NCBI GenBank assembly: GCA_001600695.1
Contig: BCKQ01000002.1
Span: forward strand, 1,736,334-1,800,333
Direction: 5' to 3'
Length of the DNA stretch: 64,000 bases
DNA from: Ascoidea asiatica JCM 7603
Taxonomy: Eukaryota; Fungi; Ascomycota
Shown here: one piece after another, positions 11,964 to 22,751 of the stretch
How positions within the stretch are numbered: position 1 is the first letter of the stretch
How the letters are laid out: each line of letters starts with the position of its first letter
The notes under the pieces: generated by a model
The model's database searches: none
The model's input: the letters and a program-made list of their open reading frames with translations, nothing else
Told to the model about the DNA's origin: nothing
Made by a program: the position numbers and the translations under genes

Positions 11964-13528
11964 ATAATAACAATAATAATAATGGTAATAATAATAACAA
12001 TATTAATTCAGCAATAAATTCTAATTTAATTTCTTCTCCTTCTATTCAAACTCCAATCAAAGGTTCAAGGTTTTCTTCTTTCTTCTCAAAACCTACAAAT
12101 CTTTCAATGAATAATTCAAATAATATTCTAAATAGTCGTTTAATTCCTTTACTTAATGAAAAAAATGATATCAATTCAAACTTAAATTCTCCAATTAATC
12201 AATTACAAAATAATTTAACTTCCAATTCCAATTCCAATCCTAATTCTAATTCTAATTCTAATATTATAATGCAAAATAATAATTCTCAATTTGAAATTCA
12301 AAATAAAAATTTAAATGGTAATTCAAATACAAATGAATCTTTTTTTATGTCTTTATTACAAAAAAGTAAATCACCTGAAGTAAATTCTGTTAGTCCTACT
12401 CCAAAAGAAAATTCTTCAAGTTTAATGGATTTATATAATGCTAATAAAAAAGAAAATTCATCTTCTCCAATAAATAATACTGATAATCGTTCAAATAACA
12501 TATCAAATATGAACACTTCTTTTAATAATTTTATAAATGTTAAAAATAGCCCATTGAACAATCAAGTTCGATCTTTGAACCAATATCCTCAACCTCAACA
12601 GGCTTCCTCTCACCAACAACAACAACAACCAATATCGCAACCATCTCAACAACAACCATACCAAAATTTCTCTCAACAGAATATAGTTCAAGATCAACAA
12701 AATCAAGTTCAACCTCAACAAAATTCTCGACAATCTGTATCTTTACCTCCTATGCTTCAAGGTACTAATCAGTCTCAGACTAATTTTCAATTTCAACAAC
12801 AAATAGGTCAACAGAGTTCTCAACATTTACCTCAACAACCTATTGTTCAACAAGCTCCTCAGCAATTACCTCAACAAATGAACGGATTCTCGCAACAACA
12901 ACAACCTCAATTTCAAAATCAAAATCAAGGACAATCCCAGCAACAACAACAGCAACAACGTCAAAATCAAAACCAAAACCAAAGTCAACAACCTAGAATG
13001 AATCCTCAAATGCAACAAAATCTTTGGATGAACCCTCCTCAAATGTTAAATCCAATGTATTCATCTAATAATCCACCATTTATGCCTGGTCCTCCTCCAG
13101 ATATTGACGGTCAGGGAAGGGGAATGATGTTACCAATGCCACCAATTAATCCTATGAATCAACAAAATATTAATCAAATGGATAGAATGAAAGGAATACA
13201 AAGAGTTAATCCTTCTAATTTACCTCCTGGAATTAGAGTACCTATGAATCCAAATGGTTTACCAGGTCCTTTACCTCCAAATATGGTTCCTCCTCCTCCT
13301 TATAATCCTTATATGAATATGAATATGAATATGAATATGAATATTCCTCCTCCAAATTTCAATAATGGTAATATTCAAGGAAATATGCAAGGAAATAATT
13401 CAAATATGGCATTTATGAAAAATGGAATGCAAATTCCAAGAAACTTACCAATCCATATGAATATGCGTATGAATATGGGCATGATGCCACCACCACCTCC
13501 AGGGTCAATGATACCTGAATCAAATTAG
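9614..13528 (+). CDS. EAP1: Eap1/4E-T-like eIF4E-binding translational repressor with very large N/Q/P-rich low-complexity regions
   Basis: YSIQTLL fits YxxxxL-phi (10193-10213); EPEWF, TADDFEKWKANMK and SRFSSFF islands; Pro/Met-rich C-terminus. Confidence 0.6.
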
Positions 13529-13793
13529 CTGTTGTAAATCATTTTATGTAGTGTCGAAAAAATGAGTTATATTAATCTTTGAATTATAGCTTTTTTCTTG
13601 TATATGATTGTAAATGTAATACACTACCTGTATAAAAGAAACTTACAACATAAAATAGTAATAGTTATAATAAAGATATTAAAATGTGCCTATTATTTTC
13701 TGCTTTCTTTCTTTTTTTTTCTTTTTTTTTTTTTTTTAATTCAAAGTAGTTTTAAAATGATTTTATTTGATATGTAAAATTATTTAAATTGAT

Positions 13794-14995
13794 CTATAAA
13801 ATTTTTGAAAGTTTACAAACCATATTTAAAATTTGTAAATGTTCATTTCCACCATTTGTTAATTTTTTATCGGCATCAAGCAATACTAATGCTATATCAG
13901 TTTTTTGTTTCTGAGTTAAAGAATCATCTAATATCATTTTGTCATGTAATTGATCTATCATCTGAGAACCACTCCAACCATCAGCAACTAAATTATTAAG
14001 ATATTCAAAAATATTTTTAAAATCTTTTTCTTCAAGTATTTTCAAAAGTCCATCTAAAATTTTCTCAGGAACTATTCCAGCAATTTCTTTTACACTTTTA
14101 ACAGTAATTACTCCTATATTTATTGTATCATCATCATCAATTAATTCAATATCTCCATCAGCATCTATAGTTGTTGCTTCAAGTTGAGAATGTAATTTTG
14201 TAGCAGATTGTAAAAAAGTAATTGCTTTTCTTAAATCACCATTAGATATTTTTAAAATTTCTTCAAGAACACCATTATTTAATTTAACTTTTTCTTCTTC
14301 TACTATAAAATTTAATCTTGAAAGTGCATTTGTTGTATCTAAAGGTCGAAATCTAAATTTTGAACATCTTGAAGCAAGTGGATCAATAATTCTTGTAATA
14401 TAATTACATACTAAACAAAATCTAGTAACACTTGAAAAAGTTTCCATTGTTCTACGTAAAGCAGATTGAGCATCACTTGTCATTGAATCAGCTTCATCTA
14501 AAATAATAATTTTATATGGAGGACATGGATATTTTTCTAAATCTGCTTTTTTTGGATTTGAAACTGTTAATCTTGAAAAATTTTTAACTTTATTACGAAC
14601 AATAGATATACCTCTTTCATCAGAAGCATTTAATTCCAATACTCTACTTTTAAATAAATTTGGACCATATAATTCTTTTGCAAGTGCTAAAATTGTTGAA
14701 GTTTTTCCAGTTCCTGGAGGTCCATAAAATAACATATGTGGTAAATTAGCTGTTAAAAGTGTTCTTTTTAAGATTTTAACAGCATGATCTTGTGATGCAA
14801 CATCATTCAAATTCTTTGGACGGCTAGATTTTTAAAGATAACAAAATATATATTAGAAAATAATTCAAATAAACCAAAAAAAAAAATTGATGACTTGAAA
14901 ACTTACTATTTTTCAACCCATGGAATTCGATTTAACTTTATTTGAGAATCTTTTTCTGAATTTCTTGAATTGGCTTGAAAAAAAGAAGCTGCCAT
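13794..14995 (-). CDS. RFC2: Replication factor C small subunit; two exons (14995-14907, 14823-13794)
   Basis: Splicing restores IPWVEKY|RPKNL; GPPGTGKT, ELNASDERG, ILDEAD, SRC motif, CPPYKIII. Confidence 0.95.
14824..14906 (-). other. Spliceosomal intron in RFC2 (83 nt)
   Basis: GTAAGT...TTCTAAT (14858-14852)...TAG; removal yields the conserved PWVEKYRP motif. Confidence 0.92.
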
Positions 14996-15143
14996 TTTAT
15001 TTATATTTATTGATATTTGAAAATGTATCAATTAAAAAAATAAAAATCAATTTAAAGTCTTCTTTATTAACCAATTTACTATTTCCTTTAAGATTTATAT
15101 TTCATCTTTAATAAAAAATTTAAATAATACTGAATATATTTCA

Positions 15144-15153
15144 TTTTTCGCGT
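15144..15153 (-). promoter_or_regulatory. MCB/SCB-like ACGCGAAAAA upstream of RFC2
   Basis: TTTTTCGCGT on +, about 150 bp upstream of the ATG. Confidence 0.6.
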
Positions 15154-15262
15154 TTTTTTCAATTTTGTTAGAAACGGTATCAATACGCCTAACTCTATTT
15201 CAGAGCCAAAGTACGTACAAAACGCAGAGTACTTTGATAGTAGCTTTGATAGTAAACAGAAG

Positions 15263-15269
15263 CGGGTAA
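15263..15269. promoter_or_regulatory. Reb1-type site (CGGGTAA)
   Basis: Exact TTACCCG match on -, between the globin 3' end and the RFC2 promoter; another copy lies at 32071-32077. Confidence 0.45.
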
Positions 15270-15422
15270 AGAGATAAATAAATAACTACAGAACTGTGCT
15301 ATTGAAGAAACTATTGAAGAAACTGTAATAAAGCTTCTTTTTTTTCTTTTTTTTTTTTCTTTTTATGATAAAAATTATTTTACAAAGAATTGATAAAGTA
15401 TGTATTACAAAGTGAAAAAGAG

Positions 15423-16493
15423 TTAACTTTTACTAGATTTGAAGAAATTCATATCCAGTCTTGTTCTTGAAGAATGAGCAAGTAATTGTGGATTTTTTCT
15501 TTTAGACGCAAATTCTTCTTGAACTCTATTACTTGGTTTTCTTGAAAGAAAAGATCTTCTAATTTCTTGAACTTTTTCAAAATTAGTTGATTTTGAAGCA
15601 AAACTTAATAAAGAATGAAGATCATCATTATTATTCATATTATTGTTATTGTTATTATTATTAATGATATTATTTTCATTATTAATATTAAAATTAATAT
15701 TATCTTGTATAAAATTTGGTTGTTGAGATTCATCTGGAATAATTATATCATTATTACAAGCATCCATCATTGTATTTGCAAGAAAACAATATAAAGTTAT
15801 CCAAATATTTTCTAATTCAGGAGTAAAAGCTTCAGAAAATCTTTCACTTAAAGTATTCATTATTGAAATACCTAATTCCAGAAAAAAATCAGGTTCTGCA
15901 CCAAATATTATACCATGCCTTCGACCAATATTACCTAAATAATCCATTAAAACACTTAAATCTTCAGCATTTAAAATTGCCATTCTTAAAAGACCAGTGA
16001 ATGAAGTTGATTGATGATCAGGACTTGGTAAATATCTAATAATATCTCTATTTAAATTACTATGAACTTCTTCCCAAAATTGAATTGAAGAGAATACATT
16101 TGATAAAGCATTTATTTTTGAAGATGGATTTTTTATATGAACATAATTATCTATAATTTCTATTGGACATCTTAAATTTTCATTCCAAGATTCTCTTAAT
16201 AAATTAATTTCATGATCAGAAAATTTAGGTATATAAATATATTTATTACTACTTGAAACTTCACTTATTGTTTGAGAAAGTGCAGAAGATTGATCATAAA
16301 ATGAAGAAGTTGAACTTGTAAGTTCTAAATCATTCATACTTGGACTTGAATCAAGATTTGAAGATGAAGGTGGTGTTAAATTATTTACAGAAGTAGTACT
16401 ATTACTTATATAAGTTGATAATCTAAAAAGTGAATTTGTTTGAACATCATTGACGTCTCTTTTTTGATTTCTTCTCCAGAATCTTCCAGACAT
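15423..16493 (-). CDS. Fungal single-domain globin-like heme protein (YNL234W-like)
   Basis: A helix EINLLRESW, HQSTSF (E helix), LGNIGRRH (proximal His F8), FTPELENIWITLYCFLANTM (H helix), flanked by Ser/Asn-rich tails. Confidence 0.85.
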   Translation of the reverse strand: MSGRFWRRNQKRDVNDVQTNSLFRLSTYISNSTTSVNNLTPPSSSNLDSSPSMNDLELTSSTSSFYDQSSALSQTISEVSSSNKYIYIPKFSDHEINLLRESWNENLRCPIEIIDNYVHIKNPSSKINALSNVFSSIQFWEEVHSNLNRDIIRYLPSPDHQSTSFTGLLRMAILNAEDLSVLMDYLGNIGRRHGIIFGAEPDFFLELGISIMNTLSERFSEAFTPELENIWITLYCFLANTMMDACNNDIIIPDESQQPNFIQDNINFNINNENNIINNNNNNNNMNNNDDLHSLLSFASKSTNFEKVQEIRRSFLSRKPSNRVQEEFASKRKNPQLLAHSSRTRLDMNFFKSSKS

Positions 16494-18484
16494 TTTAAAT
16501 TTATATGATATAATAATAATTTGATAATATAATAATTATTAAAGGATGTATTTATATGGTTTACTTTTATGAAATAGATAATTAAGGAAATGAATTATAG
16601 AAATTGATTTGATATTTATATTAATATTGTAATTTTATATTATAATTTTATATATAATTTTATATATAATTTTATATTATAATTTTATAATGATGAATAA
16701 AAACAGAGACAATAAAGTGAATTTTATAAGAATTTGGTTACAAACTTTTTTTATCAGAATATTTTATAAAGAGCAGTAGCAAGAAGCGGGTTGAAAGATT
16801 AAGTGATAAAGTGGTAAGTAAAGTAATAAAGTGAAATAGAAAGTGAATGTTTGAAGATTAAATATTATTTTTGAAATACAATTGTTTAAAAGTACGTAGC
16901 TGATAAAGATATGATATCCAATAAAGTAATAAAATAATAAAATAATAAAATAACAAAGTAATAAAGATATAAAGATATAAAAAATAGAATTTATTCATGA
17001 ATTCTTCCCAATTGAATAATAATAACCAAAAGTTGTGAAGTGCAGCGGAGAATACGCGGTACTTAAGGATACTGTATCTTGTACTACGGTGCTTTGGCAC
17101 TGCGGTACTGTAGCTCTAAACTTTTAAACTACCAAACCTGCTCACTGCTAACTGTTACAAAAGCTTGCTGGTTTTAAACTGAAGTTATCACACACTTGAA
17201 CAAATAATAATAATGAAGTAATAGTAATGAAATTCCTAAGGAAGTTTTATAAGTAATTTCTACCGAGAAAATATAAGTCTAATTCTTTAGGTAACTTTTA
17301 ATTAACCCTTAATGAAATTGTTTCATTTTTATAATCTATTACGCAGGCCTGAGACAAAACAGGAGGATCAGATTATAAGAATTAAAAAATTAAAAATAAA
17401 ATGTAAAAAAAAAAGGAGCAATTACTACTAGTACCAAGTCAAATTCAATTTCAAAGTGAAAACTTCTTAAAATTAATATTCTCTTAACTTTTATTTGAAA
17501 TAAAACTTATCTTTTTTTTTTTTTTTTAAAAAAAAGATCAGTTTATCGCACTTTACAAAAGCCTTTATACTTCAATGCTTAACTTTTAATTTTTAACTTA
17601 GACTTGAACTTAAGCTTACGTAAAATTTATAAACTGGAGAAAATCATATTCATAATTGATAGTTATTGGTAAATGATAAATGATAATAACTAATAATTGA
17701 TAAATTCTGGTACCTTAAGCTAAAAGATGTCAATGTTCTAAGTTCGTACTTTATTTCTCGAAATAGATTCTTATAACAATATAAACTAAGCCAGTAAATG
17801 CTGAAAGATATTGGTAAACCTCATCTTCAAAGTTTTTGATGTAAATAGTTATCATACTATCTTAATAAAACTTGATTCTTTTCTTTATACTTTCTTTGTG
17901 TCTCTTTTCTTCTTCTTCTTTCTGCTGACTTCAAAGGAGCCTCGAACTCCTCCCAATCAGGCCAAAGATTTGATCAATAAATCAGCCCCGGTGCCTCCCG
18001 GCATCAATCTGCTGGGCCCCAGTCTAATCACTCCATTCAGCTGGGTTATTATTAGAAACCTTTTCCCCTACGAGATTCGAAAAGCATGCAATGCATTTTA
18101 TTACTTTCCTCCCAGCAGCCTGGTTGCATTTTACTACCCGCACGCTCTCTTGTTCACGCACATTTGCACATCACATTTCAGAAAATAATAGTTACTCTGT
18201 CCTAGGGCTTTTACTTCTAAATTATTTACCCTAAATAAATAAAACTCATGTCCCTTATATTTTATTACCTAAATTCTAACTCAAATTATTTAAATTGTAT
18301 TCAATCAAACTCAATCGATTATAAATTCAATAATAATAATAATAATGTATTACATCACATTAAATTCAATGTTAATAATCTTCATAAATAAATCATTAAA
18401 TAAAAAGATAAAATAATAAAAATTACAAGACTAAATTCATTTCTTAACAATTATTAAACATTATATCCTTTTTTTAATATACTA

Positions 18485-19249
18485 ATGGGTTCATCTGCAT
18501 CTAAACAAGCTTCAAAATCAGGAAGAAAATTTGCGAAACATGTTTATAATCCATCAGAAATTAATAATAATTTAAATATAAATCGTTCAAAAATAAATCA
18601 ATTACCAAAAGATCAAAAATTTTTAGATATTAAACCTCCTATATCTAAAAATTCTTCAAACTCCAATTTAAATTTAAATTCAAAAAATCCTAAAGAAATT
18701 AATCAAATAAATGATGAATCAAAATTTAAATATAAAGATGGTTTTGATCCAGATTTTAATTATAAAGCTGTATCTTTAGGAACTGTGAATATATCTAATA
18801 AATCTTTTAAATTAGATCCTAATAATTCTTCTTTACAAATGTTAAAAAGACGAAAAGAATTAAATGAATTAAATGATGAAATAAATAATATTAATAAAAA
18901 TATAGATACAAATACAAATTCTAATACAAATATTAATACAAATACAAATACAAATACAAATATAAATATGATCAATAAAAGTCCTATAATAAAAAATTTA
19001 AATGTTGTTCATCCAAGAACTATAACCGCAATTCTTGAAGATATAAAATCCGGAATCTCAAAACAATCAATTACTCAAACTTATAGATTATCTGATGATT
19101 TCTTAGATCAATTAGGTGATTCTTATATAGTAGCAACAAATAGATTAGAATCTAAAGATCCTAGTAATAATAATAATAAAAATAAAAAAGAAAAAGAAAA
19201 TCAAGAATCATCCTCTTTATCCGCGGAATTAGATAAATTATTAGGATAA
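18485..19249 (+). CDS. Uncharacterised fungal protein with N-myristoylation motif and C-terminal HTH-like helical domain
   Basis: MGSSASK (MGxxxS/K); C-terminal HPRTITAILEDIKSGISKQSITQTYRLSDDFLDQLG. Confidence 0.75.
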   Translation: MGSSASKQASKSGRKFAKHVYNPSEINNNLNINRSKINQLPKDQKFLDIKPPISKNSSNSNLNLNSKNPKEINQINDESKFKYKDGFDPDFNYKAVSLGTVNISNKSFKLDPNNSSLQMLKRRKELNELNDEINNINKNIDTNTNSNTNINTNTNTNTNINMINKSPIIKNLNVVHPRTITAILEDIKSGISKQSITQTYRLSDDFLDQLGDSYIVATNRLESKDPSNNNNKNKKEKENQESSSLSAELDKLLG

Positions 19250-19345
19250 TTTATCTTACCTTATGAATTTCATATTATAATTTCAACTTTCAAAATGATT
19301 TTAACTCTAAAAAAAAAAAAAATACATGTACATAAAAACCTTTTC

Positions 19346-19376
<31 letters not shown>

Positions 19377-19407
19377 TGTAATTTAACATTTAATTCTTAA
19401 AATATCT

Positions 19408-20619
19408 TTAATCACTATCACTACTTATTTCGGTTATTAAAGTGAAATTATTTAATTTTACATCTCTATTATTATTAACTTTATTATCAATAATTAATTT
19501 TTTATCAACAGTTTTATTACTATCTTCATAAATAACTTCTTTTAATGAATCTATATTTGATGAAAACATATCAGTTAATTCTTCAACAATTTTTTCTTTT
19601 CCATTATTTTGATTATTTGTTAATTTATTAATTGAATTCATTATAACTTCTTTTGGATATGCTCCATTTTTTCCATTTAAAAATAAAAATGGACTTGCTT
19701 CTCTAATAAACCTTATTGGAGATTCACTCATTTCTTTTTTATTCTTATTTGGAGGACGACCTCTTTTTTTAATTATTTTTGGAGTACTTGTAGCAATTGA
19801 ATCTAAAATTTTCAGTGGTCTACCTCTACTTTTTTTAATTTCAACTTTTGACTTTGTTGATTTTAAAGCTTTTGAAGGTCTACCTTTACTTTTTTTAACT
19901 TCAATTACTGAAGATTCTAATGATTTAGATGGTCTTCCTCTACTTTTTTTCACAATTTTATTTGTAGAATTTAAAACTTTTTCTTGTTTTTTTTTAAGAT
20001 TTTTAGTTTCAGCATCAGAAGATTCCGGTGTTTTTGGTGGTCTACCTCTTGATCGTTTTGGTTTACTTATTGAGGTTTCAATTACTTTTAAACTTTTCGG
20101 CCTACCTCTAGGTTTTTTAATTTTAATTGTAACTTTTGGTTTATCTTCTATATTTTTTGGTGGTCTACCTCTTGGTTTTCCAAAAATTTTCTTAGGTGGT
20201 CTTCCTCTAGATTTTTTTAATTCTAAATTTTGTTTTTTCTCAATTTTATTTTTTTCCAATTTAGCTAATCTTACTAATTCATTTTTTCTTTTTGTTTCTA
20301 AAATTTTAAAAAGTCTAGCTTCAACTCTTGCAATTGGATTAATTTTTGAAATTTTTTTAATTTTATGTTCTATTGGAATCCTAGGTCTACCTCTTTTTCT
20401 TTTAATTTTTGGAATTGATTCTATTTTTCCATTTTTTTCATTCTCAATTATTTTTGGTTTACGAGGTCTACCTCTAGATCTTTTCTCACTAGATTTAACA
20501 GCTTCATTTTTTTTTTTTATTTTAATAATTCTTGATCTTGTAATTATTTGACGATTTTTATGAATATTTGTATCATCAACAACTGATAATAATTCAAAAT
20601 CACTATTATCATCTGACAT
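19408..20619 (-). CDS. Multi-AT-hook (HMGA-like) basic DNA-binding protein
   Basis: Ten (R/K)GRP cores, e.g. RSRGRPRK, RKRGRPR, KPRGRPPK, KKRGRPP; Lys-rich; short acidic termini. Confidence 0.85.
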   Translation of the reverse strand: MSDDNSDFELLSVVDDTNIHKNRQIITRSRIIKIKKKNEAVKSSEKRSRGRPRKPKIIENEKNGKIESIPKIKRKRGRPRIPIEHKIKKISKINPIARVEARLFKILETKRKNELVRLAKLEKNKIEKKQNLELKKSRGRPPKKIFGKPRGRPPKNIEDKPKVTIKIKKPRGRPKSLKVIETSISKPKRSRGRPPKTPESSDAETKNLKKKQEKVLNSTNKIVKKSRGRPSKSLESSVIEVKKSKGRPSKALKSTKSKVEIKKSRGRPLKILDSIATSTPKIIKKRGRPPNKNKKEMSESPIRFIREASPFLFLNGKNGAYPKEVIMNSINKLTNNQNNGKEKIVEELTDMFSSNIDSLKEVIYEDSNKTVDKKLIIDNKVNNNRDVKLNNFTLITEISSDSD

Positions 20620-21236
20620 TTTATTTTATAATTTTTTTTTTAATAGATTTTAATTGTTTATTTTTATCATACGAAATTGATTCTTATCTAAATATTCCAA
20701 ATTTTATCAATTGGATATCAATTTTTTTCTTGAATTATGACAAAGCTTCAAAATTTAATGAATGAAATAGTTAAGATTGATTTTATCTTCCTTTGATAAT
20801 CCAAATAACAAAAATAAACAGATACTTTTTTTCTTTTATAATGACTTTTCTTTTAATAATCTATTATTTTTCGCATTGTTTATGTTTTTTTTTGTCAATA
20901 ATCCCAGTGGTAGAATTATATATTTTGGATGCCGGTACCCAACGTTGGTAAATGGTTTGGCCCAATTTTGAATATTGATTTTGTCTTGGAACGGTTCAGT
21001 CCCGTTCCAAAACAAAGTGCGGGTCATAAAAGTTTCCAAAAGTGGAAAAATGCATTTAAACGCACTCCCATTATTATGGTAGAAACCACTTTTGTGGGTC
21101 AGCAGAAATATTTCAAATATTTTTAATAAATTTCAATCTTTTTAACTGAATTTGAATTGACTGTTATTAGATTTAATTGAAAAAAATATTTAATTTGAAA
21201 TATTGTATTTGAGAAGATAATAAACAGTAACAAGAA

Positions 21237-22751
21237 ATGTTCAAAAGTTTCAATCCTCATTTAATAGGATTATCAAAAAGAAGTGGTTTGTTTACTAATA
21301 TTAGAACTCAGTATCAATATCAACGTGGATTTTCTAACGAACTAATCAAATCTAATAAAATCACAAATAATAATTCAATTTCAATTGATGAGAAAGAACA
21401 GTTATTAGACTTTAAAATTCAAGAAAATTCATCTGAAAAATATCATGTTTCTTTTCAATGTTTTGAAGATTTAAAGAAATTAAATTCATTACCCAGTTTA
21501 AAATCTCTAATAGAATTGGTAAAATATAATCCTGAGAGAAATTATTATTCATATGAAATATATAGGGATGTATTAAATATAAATGAGAATTTTCTTAAAA
21601 ATCATCAAAATGAAGAATTGAAGAAACTTTTTTACGAATGTTTGATAAATAAATTGATTGATTTAGATATTGAGGAATATAATGGAAATATTCAATATTT
21701 AAATCTAAATTTTAATAATCTTTTAGAAGTTTTCAAAAGTTCAAATCTTGATTTAAAAAATTTCCTTAATAATGAAAATGAAAAAAAAATATTAGATTAT
21801 TTATTTGAAAATATTTTCAAAAGGTTAGCAAATCCAAAAATTTTATTAAGTTTTACAAATGATTCTGAAATTTTAACCGAGTTACTTTTGAAAAATGAGA
21901 TAAAAGATGAATGTAATGAATTTAATAATGAAATTTTTGAAATATTAGATAAAATTTTAGAAAGTACTAAAAATTTTAAAAATTATGACTTAATACTTAG
22001 AATTTTATCAACGTTGTCAAAATATGAAAAGTATAAAGATAATATTGAAAGATTAATAAATTTTATATTTGAAAATAAGTTGGATTCAGGTTTAGATATA
22101 AAAATAAGTAAATTAAGAGAATTAATATTAATATCAATTGGAATTCATCAAAATGATTTTGATAAATGTTTAAAAATATATCATAAATATTTATTACGTG
22201 AAAAATATGATTTAAATAATTTAGGAATATCAATGATGAAAATTTATACTTTACTTTATATTAATAAAAAAATTGATGTTTTTAAAAAATTATCTGAAAC
22301 AATGGCTATTGAAGTAAATGTTAAATTAGATAATAAAAATGGAAAATCAAATGAAATATTATTAAAAAATGAAAATAGTGGAAGCTTTATTGATTTGAGA
22401 TGCGTTAATCTTTTAATTTGTTTGAATTCTTTGAAAGATTTTGAGAAAAGTATTGAAATTTATAATAAATATGTGAAAGAAACCAAAAAAATTGGAGAAT
22501 TTGCATCTGTTAAATTATTAGAATCTATAATTATAAGTTCATTTTTTAATAAAGATAGAGATCTTGCAATGTTTATATATGATGGATCAATAAAGCATAA
22601 ACTAATAAAAAATGGAAGTTTAGAAGATATTAGATTAAAATCTTTAATTAAACATGCTTCAAGTATTGATTTCGGTGAAACAATTGAAGATAAAGCTAAA
22701 TTTGATTCTTTCAATGAACAATTGTTAAAAGATTATATTTTGAGTGTTTAA
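21237..22751 (+). CDS. Putative mitochondrial helical-repeat (PPR-like) protein
   Basis: 504-aa ORF with a basic, acid-free N-terminus (MFKSF...LSKRSGLFTNIR) and repeated helical pairs (FDKCLKIY, FEKSIEIY, RDLAMFIY). Family not identified. Confidence 0.55.
   Translation: MFKSFNPHLIGLSKRSGLFTNIRTQYQYQRGFSNELIKSNKITNNNSISIDEKEQLLDFKIQENSSEKYHVSFQCFEDLKKLNSLPSLKSLIELVKYNPERNYYSYEIYRDVLNINENFLKNHQNEELKKLFYECLINKLIDLDIEEYNGNIQYLNLNFNNLLEVFKSSNLDLKNFLNNENEKKILDYLFENIFKRLANPKILLSFTNDSEILTELLLKNEIKDECNEFNNEIFEILDKILESTKNFKNYDLILRILSTLSKYEKYKDNIERLINFIFENKLDSGLDIKISKLRELILISIGIHQNDFDKCLKIYHKYLLREKYDLNNLGISMMKIYTLLYINKKIDVFKKLSETMAIEVNVKLDNKNGKSNEILLKNENSGSFIDLRCVNLLICLNSLKDFEKSIEIYNKYVKETKKIGEFASVKLLESIIISSFFNKDRDLAMFIYDGSIKHKLIKNGSLEDIRLKSLIKHASSIDFGETIEDKAKFDSFNEQLLKDYILSV

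Noticed and set aside
17811-18188. 125-aa ORF
   Set aside because: TTG start and no in-frame ATG; promoter-type island.
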